Source of the DNA: Candidatus Staskawiczbacteria bacterium
Lineage (GTDB): Bacteria; Patescibacteriota; Minisyncoccia; Minisyncoccales; Staskawiczbacteraceae
Assembly (NCBI GenBank): GCA_026395295.1
Contig: JAPLYZ010000007.1
Location: forward strand, 66,518 to 130,517
Direction: 5' to 3'
Length of the DNA stretch: 64,000 bases
Made by a program: the position numbers and the translations under genes. Shown here one piece after another: positions 1 through 9,751 of the stretch; position 1 is the stretch's first letter, and each line of letters begins with the position of its first letter. Below the pieces are notes generated by a model, which was not told the DNA's origin, did no database searches, and saw only the letters and a program-made list of their open reading frames with translations.

Positions 1-10
1 ATGTTATTTT

Positions 11-1339
11 TTATTTTTTAATTTTTTCTTTGCCCGTCAAACGGGACATTTCTTCTACGACCTTGTCGAGTTTTATTTCCTTTTGGATTCCCGTGTCCAT
101 ATCCCGCAAAGTGATGAAATCTTCCAACGCTTCTTTCTGACCAAAAATTAAAACCCATTTTATATTTAATTTATTAGCTGTTCTCAGCTGGGTTTTCAAA
201 GAATCTTTTGAAAAAGATTCTGCTACAGGAATCTTAGCTGACCTGAATTCTTCAAACAACTTCATACTTTTTCTTTTAGCTAACTGGCCTAATTGAGCTA
301 AAAATATTTTTGGCGGGCCGGATACTGCGTCTTTGCTAAAAGAAGTTTTCATCTCCCTGCTTTTCATTAACGCGACTATTCTTTCGATGCCGGCTGCAGA
401 ACCGCATCCCGGGACATCTCTGCCTCCCAGCATTTTTGACAAATTGTCGTACCTTCCTCCACCAATTAAGGTGCCCACAGCTGTTTCCGGATCATCGGCC
501 GAGCCTTCGGGTTTTGTCTTATCAACAATTTCAAAAACTGTTTTCGTGTAATAATCCAAACCGCGAACCAAATAAGGATTCAAAGTATATGGTAATTCCA
601 ACTCGTCTAAGAATTCCAGAACTTCTTTAAAATGAGCGTGGCAAGCCTCGCAAAGATGATCAATTACCTGAGGCGCTCCGGCTTTCACTCTCTGGCATTT
701 TTCTTCCTTGCAGTCTAAAATTCTTAATGGGTTTTCTTTAAGTCTTCTCTGACAATCAGAACACAAAGATGAGCGTTTTGATTTCAAGTAGCCCATTAAA
801 ATTTTTCTGAAATATGGCCTGCATTCCGAGTCTCCGATGGAATTTACCTCAATGGTTAAATTTTTAAATCCCAACTCTTTCAAAACGTCGTAGCTCATTT
901 GGATTATCTGTCCATCTATAGAAGGAGATGAGTCGCCTATGGCTTCAAACCCAAACTGGTGGAATTGGCGGAATCGTCCTGCCTGAGGTCTCTCATACCT
1001 GAAGAACGGACCAGTATACCAAAGCTTTACAGGCTGAGGCAAATTGTGCATTCCGTGCTCTAAATAACTTCTCATCACGCCGGCTGTGCCTTCTGGTCTT
1101 AAAGAAACCATGTCGCCTCCTTTTGTCCTGAAAGTATACATTTCTTTGCCCACAATATCTGTGTCATCTCCAACCGCTTTTTGAAAAACTTCCGTGAACT
1201 CCAAAATCGGAGTTTCAATTTTCTCAAAACTATAATAATTGGAAACAGATTCAACTGTTTTTTGAATCTTTTTAAAATAGGCCTGCTCCTGCGGTAAAAC
1301 ATCGTGCATTCCGGTTAAGCTTTGATATTTAATTTTCAT
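11..1339 (-). CDS. hisS: Histidine--tRNA ligase
   Basis: LRPEGTA, FRYERPQAGRFRQFHQ, LVRGLDYY, GGGRYD motifs. Confidence 0.97.
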   Translation of the reverse strand: MKIKYQSLTGMHDVLPQEQAYFKKIQKTVESVSNYYSFEKIETPILEFTEVFQKAVGDDTDIVGKEMYTFRTKGGDMVSLRPEGTAGVMRSYLEHGMHNLPQPVKLWYTGPFFRYERPQAGRFRQFHQFGFEAIGDSSPSIDGQIIQMSYDVLKELGFKNLTIEVNSIGDSECRPYFRKILMGYLKSKRSSLCSDCQRRLKENPLRILDCKEEKCQRVKAGAPQVIDHLCEACHAHFKEVLEFLDELELPYTLNPYLVRGLDYYTKTVFEIVDKTKPEGSADDPETAVGTLIGGGRYDNLSKMLGGRDVPGCGSAAGIERIVALMKSREMKTSFSKDAVSGPPKIFLAQLGQLAKRKSMKLFEEFRSAKIPVAESFSKDSLKTQLRTANKLNIKWVLIFGQKEALEDFITLRDMDTGIQKEIKLDKVVEEMSRLTGKEKIKK

Positions 1340-1362
1340 AATTTTTAATTAAAAACTCCAAA

Positions 1363-2004
1363 TTAATATGTGGGGCGAGAAATTTCTGACAAAGAATTTA
1401 TTGGCAAAAGTCTCAATGACGCTTTGCCGATTATATTTTGTTTCATAACAACTCCCCACATTCTCGAATCATAGGAACCATTTCTGTTATCTCCTAAAAC
1501 AAAATACTGGTCTGATTTTAGGGTTACGCGCTCGGGCGACAGCGAAAGATTATAACCGTTTGACGAGCCATATGTTTTTAAGCTGTCGGGCAAATATTTT
1601 TCGCTCAAAATTGTTGTTTTACCGTCTTTGGTTATTTGAACCGCGCCATTAGTTATTTCAATTGTCTCTCCCGGCAGTCCAATAAGCCTTTTAACAAAAC
1701 GCTGACCGGCGTATCCTGGTATAAAACCTGCATTAAAAACAATAACATCTCCCCTTTGAGGCTCGGCAAATCTGTATGAAATTTCATCAATAATCAAGTA
1801 ATTCCCGTCTTGGAGGTTAGGCGTCATTGACTCTCCTTTAACAATAAATGGCTGAAAAAGAAAATACCTGATGGGCGCTACTATTATAAAAGCAATAATT
1901 GCTATCTTAGCAAACTCCCAGATAAACGGAATATATTTCTGGGTCATTTCTGTTTTAAAGCTCTTTTTCTCTTGATTTATTTCCTCCATAGCTTTTTTAT
2001 GCAT
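1363..2004 (-). CDS. lepB: Signal peptidase I
   Basis: N-terminal TM, GESMTPNL (Ser), FVKRLIGLPGE (Lys), GDNRNGSYDSR; start may be a downstream Met. Confidence 0.95.
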   Translation of the reverse strand: MHKKAMEEINQEKKSFKTEMTQKYIPFIWEFAKIAIIAFIIVAPIRYFLFQPFIVKGESMTPNLQDGNYLIIDEISYRFAEPQRGDVIVFNAGFIPGYAGQRFVKRLIGLPGETIEITNGAVQITKDGKTTILSEKYLPDSLKTYGSSNGYNLSLSPERVTLKSDQYFVLGDNRNGSYDSRMWGVVMKQNIIGKASLRLLPINSLSEISRPTY

Positions 2005-2099
2005 TATGTAGTGTATTTTATCACATTTTCAGAGGATTGCAAGCCCCCTGCGCCGGGTTGATGTCAATGTTAAAAAGTGCTACAATACCAAAAACAAAT

Positions 2100-2681
2100 A
2101 TGATTATAATAATAGGGCTGGGCAATCCCGGCGAACAATATAAAAATACCCGGCACAATGTCGGGTTTAACGCGATCGATAAAATCGCCACGAATTTTAA
2201 ATTTCCAATTTTCAATTTCCAATCAATTTCCAATTCAGAAATTTCTCAAAGTGAAATCTTGGGCAAGAAAGTCATGCTGGTCAAGCCTCAAACATTTATG
2301 AATGAGTCGGGGAAATCTGTAAAAAAAATACTATCAAAAAATAAAGACCAAGTTTCAAATATAATAGTCATACATGATGACGTTGACTTGCCGGTAGGTA
2401 AAATAAAAATTGTAGAAGAAAGAGGTTCAGCCGGACACAAGGGAGTTGAATCAATAATACAAAACATTGGAAACGACGGCCTAATAAGATTTCGCATCGG
2501 CATCGAATCAAAACAGTCCCGTGGTTCGGACTACAGGACTGAAGCAAAAGATATTGTGCTAAAAAATTTCTCAAAAGAAGAACAAAAATTAGTGGCTGAA
2601 ACTATTCAAAAAACAGTTGACGCCCTCGGTTTCTTTGTTGAACAAGGACTAGAAAAAACTATGAATGAATACAATAAGTGA
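2100..2681 (+). CDS. pth: Peptidyl-tRNA hydrolase
   Basis: MIIIIGLGNPG..TRHNVGF, KPQTFMNESG, HDDVDL, GHKG; start moved to ATG 2100. Confidence 0.95.
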   Translation: MIIIIGLGNPGEQYKNTRHNVGFNAIDKIATNFKFPIFNFQSISNSEISQSEILGKKVMLVKPQTFMNESGKSVKKILSKNKDQVSNIIVIHDDVDLPVGKIKIVEERGSAGHKGVESIIQNIGNDGLIRFRIGIESKQSRGSDYRTEAKDIVLKNFSKEEQKLVAETIQKTVDALGFFVEQGLEKTMNEYNK

Positions 2682-4635
2682 AATAAATCAGTTACTGATA
2701 ACCGGCATTACCCCTTATTTTTTAGATAAGGAGTTTTTTTGGTTTCAAGAACATCTCCAAGAGGTGTTAGACGCGAGACATTCTCAAAATTTTTTTGAGG
2801 ACAATATAATTTTTTTGGAAAAGGATCACAGTTTCCAATTTTCACAATTTTTGAGAAAACTTGATGAAATGGGGTATGAAAGAGTTTTTAAGGTTTCTGA
2901 CCCCGGCGAATTTTCCCAACGTGGAGGCATAATTGACGTTTTTCCCATAAATTTAGCTAATGCTGTGCGTTTAGATTTTTTAGGAAACGAGGTTGATGGC
3001 ATAAGTCTGCTACCTATAAAAATTGACGACGAAAAAAAGGCAAAGGAACTGTTAAAGAAAAAATTAAAATCGCAAAAAATATTCTCTGAATTAAAAGGAT
3101 TAAAACCGGGAGATTATCTTGTACATCTTGATCACGGAATTGGAAAATTTACAGGCATAGAAAAATTTCAAACCGCAATTTCTGTGTTTCAGGAGTACTA
3201 TGTTCTAGAATACGCGCAAGAAGACAAGCTTTATGTGCCAGTTGGCTTAGAAAGAAAATTATCGAGGTACGTGGGGTTCCATGACCCAAAAATTTCGAGG
3301 CTGGGGTCTTCTCTGTGGCAAAAAACAAAACGAAAGATAAAAGAAGATGTTGAAAAATTAGCCAAAGAACTCTTGCAACTGTATGCGCAAAAAGAGATTA
3401 CAGAAAGAGCCCCTTATATAGAAGACAAGGAGCTTGAATCGCAACTTAAGTCCGGATTTATATTTCAAGAAACTCCCGACCAAACTCAAACGATAGAAGA
3501 TATTAAAGACGATTTACAGAAAACAAAACCAATGGACAGAATTGTTTGCGGAGATGTTGGATTTGGCAAAACAGAAGTGGCATTGAGAACGGCTCTGCTG
3601 GCTTGCGCCAACAACAGGCAAACAGCCCTAATATGCCCAACCACAATTCTGGCAAATCAGCACTTTAACTCTTTCAAAAAAAGGTTTGAGAAATTACCGG
3701 TCAGGGTTGCCTTGCTTTCAGGACTCCAGACAGCTTCAGAACAAACGAAGATTATAAAAGATTTGAAAGACGGTAAAGTAGACATTTTAATCGGCACCCA
3801 TCGACTTTTGTCAAAAGACGTGGATTTTAAAAACTTGCAACTTTTGATAATTGATGACGAGCAGAAATTCGGCGTTAAACAAAAAGAAAAACTAAGGCAA
3901 ATGAAAACAAGCTTAGACGTCTTGAGCCTGTCGGCCACCCCAATTCCCCGAACAATTTATTTAGCTCTTTCTTCTTTTAAAAACATAAGCCTAATGCAAA
4001 CTCCGCCAATTGGCAGACAGACTATAAAAACAGAAGTTTTGCCGTACAGTGAAAAAGCAATAAAAAAAATAATTGGCGCAGAGCTGAAAAGAAAGGGCCA
4101 GGTTTATTTTTTGCACAACAGGGTCCAAACTATTGAGGCGAAAGCAAAAGAGTTGGAAAAACTCTGCCCTAAATCGAAAATCAGTTTTATACACGGAGGA
4201 ATGCCAGAAAAAAAATTGATAAAAATAATGGACGAATTTCAAAAAGAAAAAACAAACGTGCTGGTTGCCACAACAATTATTGAGAACGGATTGGATCTGC
4301 CAAACGTAAATACAATTATAGTGGAAGACGCCACGCGACTTGGACTTTCTCAGGCGCACCAGATACGAGGCAGAGTTGGCAGGTCTGGAACGAAAAGTTT
4401 TGCTTACTTTATGTTCAGCGAAAAATCGCTGACGCCTTTGGCGAAAGAAAGGTTGAAGGCCCTGGAAGACGCGCAGGAATTGGGAGCCGGGTACAGAATC
4501 GCGATCAGAGACATGGAATTGAGGGGCGCCGGGAATATTTTAGGCAAAGAGCAATCAGGCGCCATAAACAGAATTGGCTTAAATTTATACAGCCAGATGA
4601 TATCAGAAGCAGTGGAGAAATTTAAGGTCTCCTGA
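2665..4635 (+). CDS. mfd: Transcription-repair coupling factor, short form
   Basis: CarD/RID domain (GDYLVHLDHGIG), GDVGFGKT, DDEQKFG, SATPIPRT, QIRGRVGR, RGAGNILG; no C-terminal TRCF domain. Confidence 0.9.
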   Translation: MNTISEINQLLITGITPYFLDKEFFWFQEHLQEVLDARHSQNFFEDNIIFLEKDHSFQFSQFLRKLDEMGYERVFKVSDPGEFSQRGGIIDVFPINLANAVRLDFLGNEVDGISLLPIKIDDEKKAKELLKKKLKSQKIFSELKGLKPGDYLVHLDHGIGKFTGIEKFQTAISVFQEYYVLEYAQEDKLYVPVGLERKLSRYVGFHDPKISRLGSSLWQKTKRKIKEDVEKLAKELLQLYAQKEITERAPYIEDKELESQLKSGFIFQETPDQTQTIEDIKDDLQKTKPMDRIVCGDVGFGKTEVALRTALLACANNRQTALICPTTILANQHFNSFKKRFEKLPVRVALLSGLQTASEQTKIIKDLKDGKVDILIGTHRLLSKDVDFKNLQLLIIDDEQKFGVKQKEKLRQMKTSLDVLSLSATPIPRTIYLALSSFKNISLMQTPPIGRQTIKTEVLPYSEKAIKKIIGAELKRKGQVYFLHNRVQTIEAKAKELEKLCPKSKISFIHGGMPEKKLIKIMDEFQKEKTNVLVATTIIENGLDLPNVNTIIVEDATRLGLSQAHQIRGRVGRSGTKSFAYFMFSEKSLTPLAKERLKALEDAQELGAGYRIAIRDMELRGAGNILGKEQSGAINRIGLNLYSQMISEAVEKFKVS

Positions 4636-4676
4636 AATTTTATGCTATTATAAATAAGTATTAACAAAAAAAACAC

Positions 4677-6725
4677 ATGAAAAGCTTAGTTATAGTTGAG
4701 AGCCCGACAAAGGCGAAGACAATTCAAAAATTTTTGGGAAGCGACTTTATTATCAAGTCGTCTTTTGGACATGTCAGAGATTTGCCCAAAAGAGAGCTTG
4801 GCGTTGATGTTGAAAACGGATTTCAACCAAAATATGTTATACCGACAAAGGCAAAAAAAGTTGTTGCTGAACTGAAAAAAGAATCAGCCAAGGCAGACAC
4901 CACCATACTGGCGACCGACGAAGACCGCGAGGGTGAATCAATTGCCTGGCACTTGCAAGAGGCCCTAAAATTAAAAGATCCTCAAAGGATTGTGTTTCAT
5001 GAAATTACCAAACCTGCAATAGAAAAAGCTCTTGAGAAGCCGAGGCATATTGATATGAATTTGGTCGATGCGCAACAGGCAAGACGCATTTTAGACAGAA
5101 TTGTGGGATACAAGATTTCGCCATTTCTATGGAAAAAAGTTGCCAAAGGTCTCTCGGCCGGTAGAGTACAATCAGTTGCCGTAAGATTAGTTGTAGAAAG
5201 AGAAAGAGAAATTGAAAAATTTGTCCCGACAGAATACTGGTCAATTGAAGCATTGCTAAAAAAGTTGGACAAAAAATTTAACGCCCTGTTGATAAAAAAA
5301 GACGATAAACCTGTTGAAAAGCTGGAAATTAAGAATAAAAATGAAGCAGATAAAATTTTACAAGATTTGAACAGCGCCGATTATATTGTTGAGTCTGTAG
5401 AAAAAAAGGAAACAAAAAGGTATCCTGCTCCCCCGTTCACCACAAGCACTTTGCAACAAGCGTCTTGGCAAAGATTTAAATTTTCGGCAAAAATGACAAT
5501 GTCCTTAGCTCAAAGGCTCTACGAAGAAGGAAACATTACCTATCACAGAACCGATTCATTGAATCTTTCTGAGATGTCTCTGGGTGAAGCCCAAAATTTC
5601 ATCACCGAAAAATATGGTCAAAATTATTGGGCAGGAAAAATAGTAAAATATAAAACCAAAGATAAGGGAGCCCAAGAAGCCCATGAAGCAATCAGACCGG
5701 CTTATGCCGACAAAACTCCCGAATCGCTAAAAGGCTTGGATGCCAGACAATTAAAGCTCTACACTTTAATTTGGCAAAGATTTATCGCCTGCCAAATGGC
5801 TCCTGCTATTTTCGATTCTGTTTTAACGGATATAAAAGCCCGTTCGACAAGCTCAGGACAAGCCGAAAGCTACACTTTCAGGGCCAACGGACAAACAGTG
5901 AAGTTTGATGGATTCTTGAAGGTTTACCCAACGAAAACCGAGGAAACAGAATTGCCCGACTTGGAAAAAAATGACAAATTAGATCTTTTGAAATTAAATT
6001 CTGTCCAGCATTTCACAGAACCGCCGGCAAGATACACGGAAGCCAGTTTGGTGAAAATTCTAGAGAAACACGGCATAGGCAGACCATCAACCTATGCGCC
6101 AATCATTTCCACCATACAAGACAGAAATTATGTCAGTAAAAACGACCAAAAAAGATTCTTTCCAAGCGAAATGGGAATAATAGTCAACGATGTTTTGGTA
6201 AAAAACTTCCCGGAAATTGTTGATGTTGATTTTACGGCAAAAATGGAAAAGGAGCTAGACGAAGTGGCTGACGGCAAAGACACATGGGAAAAAACTTGCA
6301 AAGATTTTTATAAACCATTCGCCAAAAATTTAGAGGAAAAATATAAAGAAGTGGTAAAATCCGATTTGATAAAAAAGACAGACAAGGTTTGCCCTAAGTG
6401 CGGAGCTCCCTTAATTGAACGGCTTGGGAGATTTGGCAGATTCTACGCCTGTTCAAAATTTCCGGAGTGCAAACACACAGAATCAGTTGAAGGAGACCCC
6501 GATACTTTGAATATAACCTGCCCAAAATGCAAAGAAGGAAAAATAACCGGAAAAAGGACCAGAAAGGGAAAAACATTTTATGGATGCGACCGTTTTCCAA
6601 AGTGCGACTTTGCTTTGTGGGATAAACCCATAAACGAATTTTGTCCGAAATGCGACTCTTTATTGATACAGAAAAGCAAAAACAAAATAAAGTGCTCAAA
6701 TAAAGAGTGCGATTATGTCAAATGA
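4677..6725 (+). CDS. topA: DNA topoisomerase I
   Basis: LVIVESPTKAKTI, ATDEDREGE, SAGRVQS, ITYHRTDS, C-terminal Zn ribbons. Confidence 0.97.
   Translation: MKSLVIVESPTKAKTIQKFLGSDFIIKSSFGHVRDLPKRELGVDVENGFQPKYVIPTKAKKVVAELKKESAKADTTILATDEDREGESIAWHLQEALKLKDPQRIVFHEITKPAIEKALEKPRHIDMNLVDAQQARRILDRIVGYKISPFLWKKVAKGLSAGRVQSVAVRLVVEREREIEKFVPTEYWSIEALLKKLDKKFNALLIKKDDKPVEKLEIKNKNEADKILQDLNSADYIVESVEKKETKRYPAPPFTTSTLQQASWQRFKFSAKMTMSLAQRLYEEGNITYHRTDSLNLSEMSLGEAQNFITEKYGQNYWAGKIVKYKTKDKGAQEAHEAIRPAYADKTPESLKGLDARQLKLYTLIWQRFIACQMAPAIFDSVLTDIKARSTSSGQAESYTFRANGQTVKFDGFLKVYPTKTEETELPDLEKNDKLDLLKLNSVQHFTEPPARYTEASLVKILEKHGIGRPSTYAPIISTIQDRNYVSKNDQKRFFPSEMGIIVNDVLVKNFPEIVDVDFTAKMEKELDEVADGKDTWEKTCKDFYKPFAKNLEEKYKEVVKSDLIKKTDKVCPKCGAPLIERLGRFGRFYACSKFPECKHTESVEGDPDTLNITCPKCKEGKITGKRTRKGKTFYGCDRFPKCDFALWDKPINEFCPKCDSLLIQKSKNKIKCSNKECDYVK
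5839..5863 (+). repeat. Family-1 short palindromic element (CTTCGAC..GCTCAGG) in frame in topA
   Basis: cccgttcgacaagctcaggacaagc encodes RSTSSGQA; five further copies in window. Confidence 0.85.
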
Positions 6726-8493
6726 TTTAGAAAAAATATTAAAGCAACTGACCGATAAAGCCCACCCCGTCATACGACGGGGTGCCCCATCGAATGATGG
6801 GGCAAAATTGATTTCTACGGCTTTTGAATTCGCGACACAAGCGTATAAAGAAAAAAATAGGCTGTCCGGAGAAAATTATATTTTTCATGCCGCAAGAGTC
6901 GCCTTGATGCTCGATAAAATGAACCTTGACTCAACGACAATTGCTTTTGGAATACTCCACGACGTTTTAGACGATACTCCTACCTCTGCCAAAAAAATAG
7001 AAATAAAAGAGATTGAAAAAAAGTTCGGGAAAGAAATGGGCCACTTGGTTGAGAAAACCTCAGAGTTAAGCAGGGTGAGATATTCTCTCATAATTGGAAT
7101 GAAAGACAAAAAGGCTTTTACAAAAGAGAAAGCTGAAAATCTGAGGAGAATGTTTCTTGCAATATCTGGAGACCTGAGAGTTGTCCTAATAGAGCTTTTA
7201 TCAAGATTAGACGGGCTAAACTTGTTGCACTATCTGCCGGAAGATAAACAAAAATTATTCTCTCTTGAAACTTTACAAATTTTCGTGCCGGTGGCTAACA
7301 GACTTGGCTTGTCTGAGATAAGAAGGAAGCTTGAAGACTTAGCCTTTTCTCATCTGTTCCCGGATAGGTTCAAGTGGCTGAAAGAAAACATCAAGAGCCA
7401 GTATGAAGAACGAGAAAAATATTTGAAGAAATTTATTCCTCGGCTAAAAAAAATATTGAGAAAAGAGGGGGTAAAAATTCTCGACATAAATTACCGTGCA
7501 AAATCTTATTGGAGCGCCTATCAGAAATTAATGAAACACCAGATGAACTTTGACGAAGTCCACGACTTGCTTGCGCTAAGAATAATTACGGCCGATGTTG
7601 AGAGTTGCTACAGGGTGCTAGGCATAATACATAAGCATTTTAAACCTATATCCGAAGAAATAAACGACTACATAGCGAAACCAAAGCCCAATGGTTACCG
7701 ATCGCTGCATACAACAATTTTCTCCAATGAAAACAAGATAACTGAGATTCAGATAAGAACAGATGAAATGCACAAAGAGGCAGAGTATGGTGTTTGCGCC
7801 CACTGGTCTTACAAAGAAAAAATAGACCTCAAAAAAGAAGGAAAAAACTTTGAGTGGGTGGAATCTGTTCCGGAGTTTTGGAAAACCTTTAAAATAGACT
7901 TTTTCGCGAATCAAGTTTTTACTTTTACCCCAAGAGGAGACATTGTTGTACTTCCCAAAAATTCAACTCCAATTGATTTTGCTTATGCGGTTCATTCAGA
8001 GATTGGAAATCATTGCGAATCCGCAAAAATAGACGGAAAAATTGTCCAGCTCGATAGCATCTTAAAAAACGGAGATGTGGTGGAAATATCCATTAATAAA
8101 AATAAAATCCCGTCAAAAGATTGGATGCGGTTTGTCAGAACATCTCTTGCGAAATCACATATAAAAAAGATAACAGGAGAAGACAAACCCGGCTTCAGGT
8201 TCCCATTACCGGAATTCATAAGAAAAAGAATCACAGAATTTTCCGAAGCCTCCAAAAAAAGACAGCAGGAGAGACAAAAAGCCAAAGAAGGAACTCCAAA
8301 ACAAATATATTTGGCAGGGCAAAAAGGAATGCTGACCCACATTGCCAAATGTTGCAATCCCCAGCCCGGCGACAAGGTTAGCGGGTATCTAGCCCAAAAC
8401 AGATCCGCTGTTTTGCACAAAACATCCTGCGACAATTTCAAAAAAATAGCTGAAAAATTCCCGGGGAAAATTGTCGACGCTTCATGGCAATAG
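6715..8493 (+). CDS. RelA/SpoT family (p)ppGpp synthetase/hydrolase (HD, SYNTH, TGS, Zn-finger; no ACT)
   Basis: LHDVLDD, DYIAKPKPNGYRSLHT, EIQIRT, FTPRGD..TPIDFAYAVH, AKCCNP. Confidence 0.9.
   Translation: MSNDLEKILKQLTDKAHPVIRRGAPSNDGAKLISTAFEFATQAYKEKNRLSGENYIFHAARVALMLDKMNLDSTTIAFGILHDVLDDTPTSAKKIEIKEIEKKFGKEMGHLVEKTSELSRVRYSLIIGMKDKKAFTKEKAENLRRMFLAISGDLRVVLIELLSRLDGLNLLHYLPEDKQKLFSLETLQIFVPVANRLGLSEIRRKLEDLAFSHLFPDRFKWLKENIKSQYEEREKYLKKFIPRLKKILRKEGVKILDINYRAKSYWSAYQKLMKHQMNFDEVHDLLALRIITADVESCYRVLGIIHKHFKPISEEINDYIAKPKPNGYRSLHTTIFSNENKITEIQIRTDEMHKEAEYGVCAHWSYKEKIDLKKEGKNFEWVESVPEFWKTFKIDFFANQVFTFTPRGDIVVLPKNSTPIDFAYAVHSEIGNHCESAKIDGKIVQLDSILKNGDVVEISINKNKIPSKDWMRFVRTSLAKSHIKKITGEDKPGFRFPLPEFIRKRITEFSEASKKRQQERQKAKEGTPKQIYLAGQKGMLTHIAKCCNPQPGDKVSGYLAQNRSAVLHKTSCDNFKKIAEKFPGKIVDASWQ
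6763..6803. repeat. Double-hairpin element in frame at the N-terminus of the RelA/SpoT homolog
   Basis: caccccgtc-atac-gacggggtg + gccccatc-gaat-gatggggc; sister copy at 54055-54096. Confidence 0.85.
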
Positions 8494-8503
8494 GCTCGGG
8501 TAA

Positions 8504-8532
8504 TTGAAAACTGGCGAAAAACATGATAGATT
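8504..8532 (+). promoter_or_regulatory. sigma70-type promoter for the tRNA-Leu locus
   Basis: TTGAAA-17-TAGATT with extended TG. Confidence 0.55.
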
Positions 8533-8541
8533 ATAAGCAAT

Positions 8542-8605
8542 GCCGAGGTGGCGGAATTAGCAGACGCACGGGACCTGCCTGCCGGCAGGCAGGCTCAAAA
8601 TCCCG
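8542..8605 (+). pseudogene. Duplicated 5' half of tRNA-Leu(CAA), interrupted by a 20-bp palindrome
   Basis: Identical to 8851-8894 once CCTGCCTGCCGGCAGGCAGG (8574-8593) is removed. Confidence 0.9.
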
Positions 8606-8613
8606 ATACGCAT

Positions 8614-8850
8614 ATGTACTATGTCTATATAATAAAAAGTGAAAAAAGGAATTATAATTACGTTGGAATTACCAACAATCCCGAGCGACGGATAAAAGAA
8701 CATAATCGAGGATATAATAGAATAACTAAGCCCTATAAACCTTTTAAAATAATATTAATTGAGAAACATTTTGATAGAACCGAAGCCAGAAAAAGAGAAA
8801 AATTTCTAAAATCTGGATATGGCAAAGAATACGTTAAAGGCATCCAATAA
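8614..8850 (+). CDS. Small stand-alone GIY-YIG nuclease
   Basis: MYYVYIIKS..NYVGITNNPERRIKEHN..EARKREKFLKSG. Confidence 0.92.
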   Translation: MYYVYIIKSEKRNYNYVGITNNPERRIKEHNRGYNRITKPYKPFKIILIEKHFDRTEARKREKFLKSGYGKEYVKGIQ

Positions 8851-8934
8851 GCCGAGGTGGCGGAATTAGCAGACGCACGGGACTCAAAATCCCGCGACAG
8901 CAATGTCATGAGGGTGCAACTCCCTCCCCCGGCA
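8851..8934 (+). tRNA. tRNA-Leu (CAA)
   Basis: Cloverleaf with anticodon arm cggga-ctCAAaa-tcccg, long variable arm, T-arm gaggg/ccctc; CCA not encoded; one A-C mismatch in acceptor stem. Confidence 0.92.
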
Positions 8935-8940
8935 CAATCA

Positions 8941-8972
8941 AAAAGCGAGTCATCACCATTTGACCCGCTTTT
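8941..8972. terminator. Probable bidirectional intrinsic terminator
   Basis: aaaagcgagtca..tgacccgctttt between convergent tRNA and MBL gene. Confidence 0.6.
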
Positions 8973-8983
8973 TATTTGATTCA

Positions 8984-9751
8984 TTAAGCAGTATATTCTT
9001 CTAAAGGGTTGGGCAGGATTATTTTTAATCCGGTTGAAGGGATTGCTTCTTTTACTTTTTTCCTTGTTTCGTCATTGAACGCTCTTTTGAAGTGAGCCAA
9101 CGCCAAACATTTTACATTCTGCCTTTTTGCCATTTCAAATACATCAACAGCCGCAACGTGCCCCTTAATTCTTTGGTCAAACATATAGCATTCGTGCATT
9201 AAAATATCAGCATTTTTATAAATCTTCTCGGTCCCCTCATCAAATGGTCCGTCCCCGCTGTAACAAACAACCTTATTGCCGCCCGCCTTGCCACGAGGCA
9301 GGTCATCAATCCTGATGGCAAGATTGTAGGCTGTATGACCGGTCTTGGCAAAAGATAATTTTAAATCGTTAAACTGAATTTCCTTACCATCCTCTGCCAT
9401 TATAAAATTTATTTTAAAACCATAGCTATCTATGCCAAAGTAAGCGTGCTGGCATAATCTTTCAATGTCTGCCTTAACCTGCTCAGAACAAATTATTGCC
9501 AGATCTTTTTTTCTTTCTTCCTCAAGCATACGACCCAAAAGAGCCGGAATTCCAAACAAATGGTCAGAGTGCCTGTGGGTAATATACAAAGCGTCAACCA
9601 AAGAATGATCCTGCGTATATTTCCACAGCTGCCGGACGGCAGAATCTCCGCAATCAAGCATTAACGCGGTGTTTTCTGATAAGACTAAGTGCGAATGATT
9701 GGGGTACCTTTCGTCAAAAGCCTCCCCTGTTCCTAAAAAAATTACTTTCAT
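8984..9751 (-). CDS. MBL-fold hydrolase (RNase Z/BN-like)
   Basis: FLGTG, LDCG, THRHSDH, YSGD, HEC, LAH. Confidence 0.85.
   Translation of the reverse strand: MKVIFLGTGEAFDERYPNHSHLVLSENTALMLDCGDSAVRQLWKYTQDHSLVDALYITHRHSDHLFGIPALLGRMLEEERKKDLAIICSEQVKADIERLCQHAYFGIDSYGFKINFIMAEDGKEIQFNDLKLSFAKTGHTAYNLAIRIDDLPRGKAGGNKVVCYSGDGPFDEGTEKIYKNADILMHECYMFDQRIKGHVAAVDVFEMAKRQNVKCLALAHFKRAFNDETRKKVKEAIPSTGLKIILPNPLEEYTA

Noticed and set aside
8548-8613. N-terminal extension MAELADARDLPAGRQ of the GIY-YIG ORF
   Set aside because: It is a translation of the half-tRNA and palindrome; the family-like start is ATG 8614.
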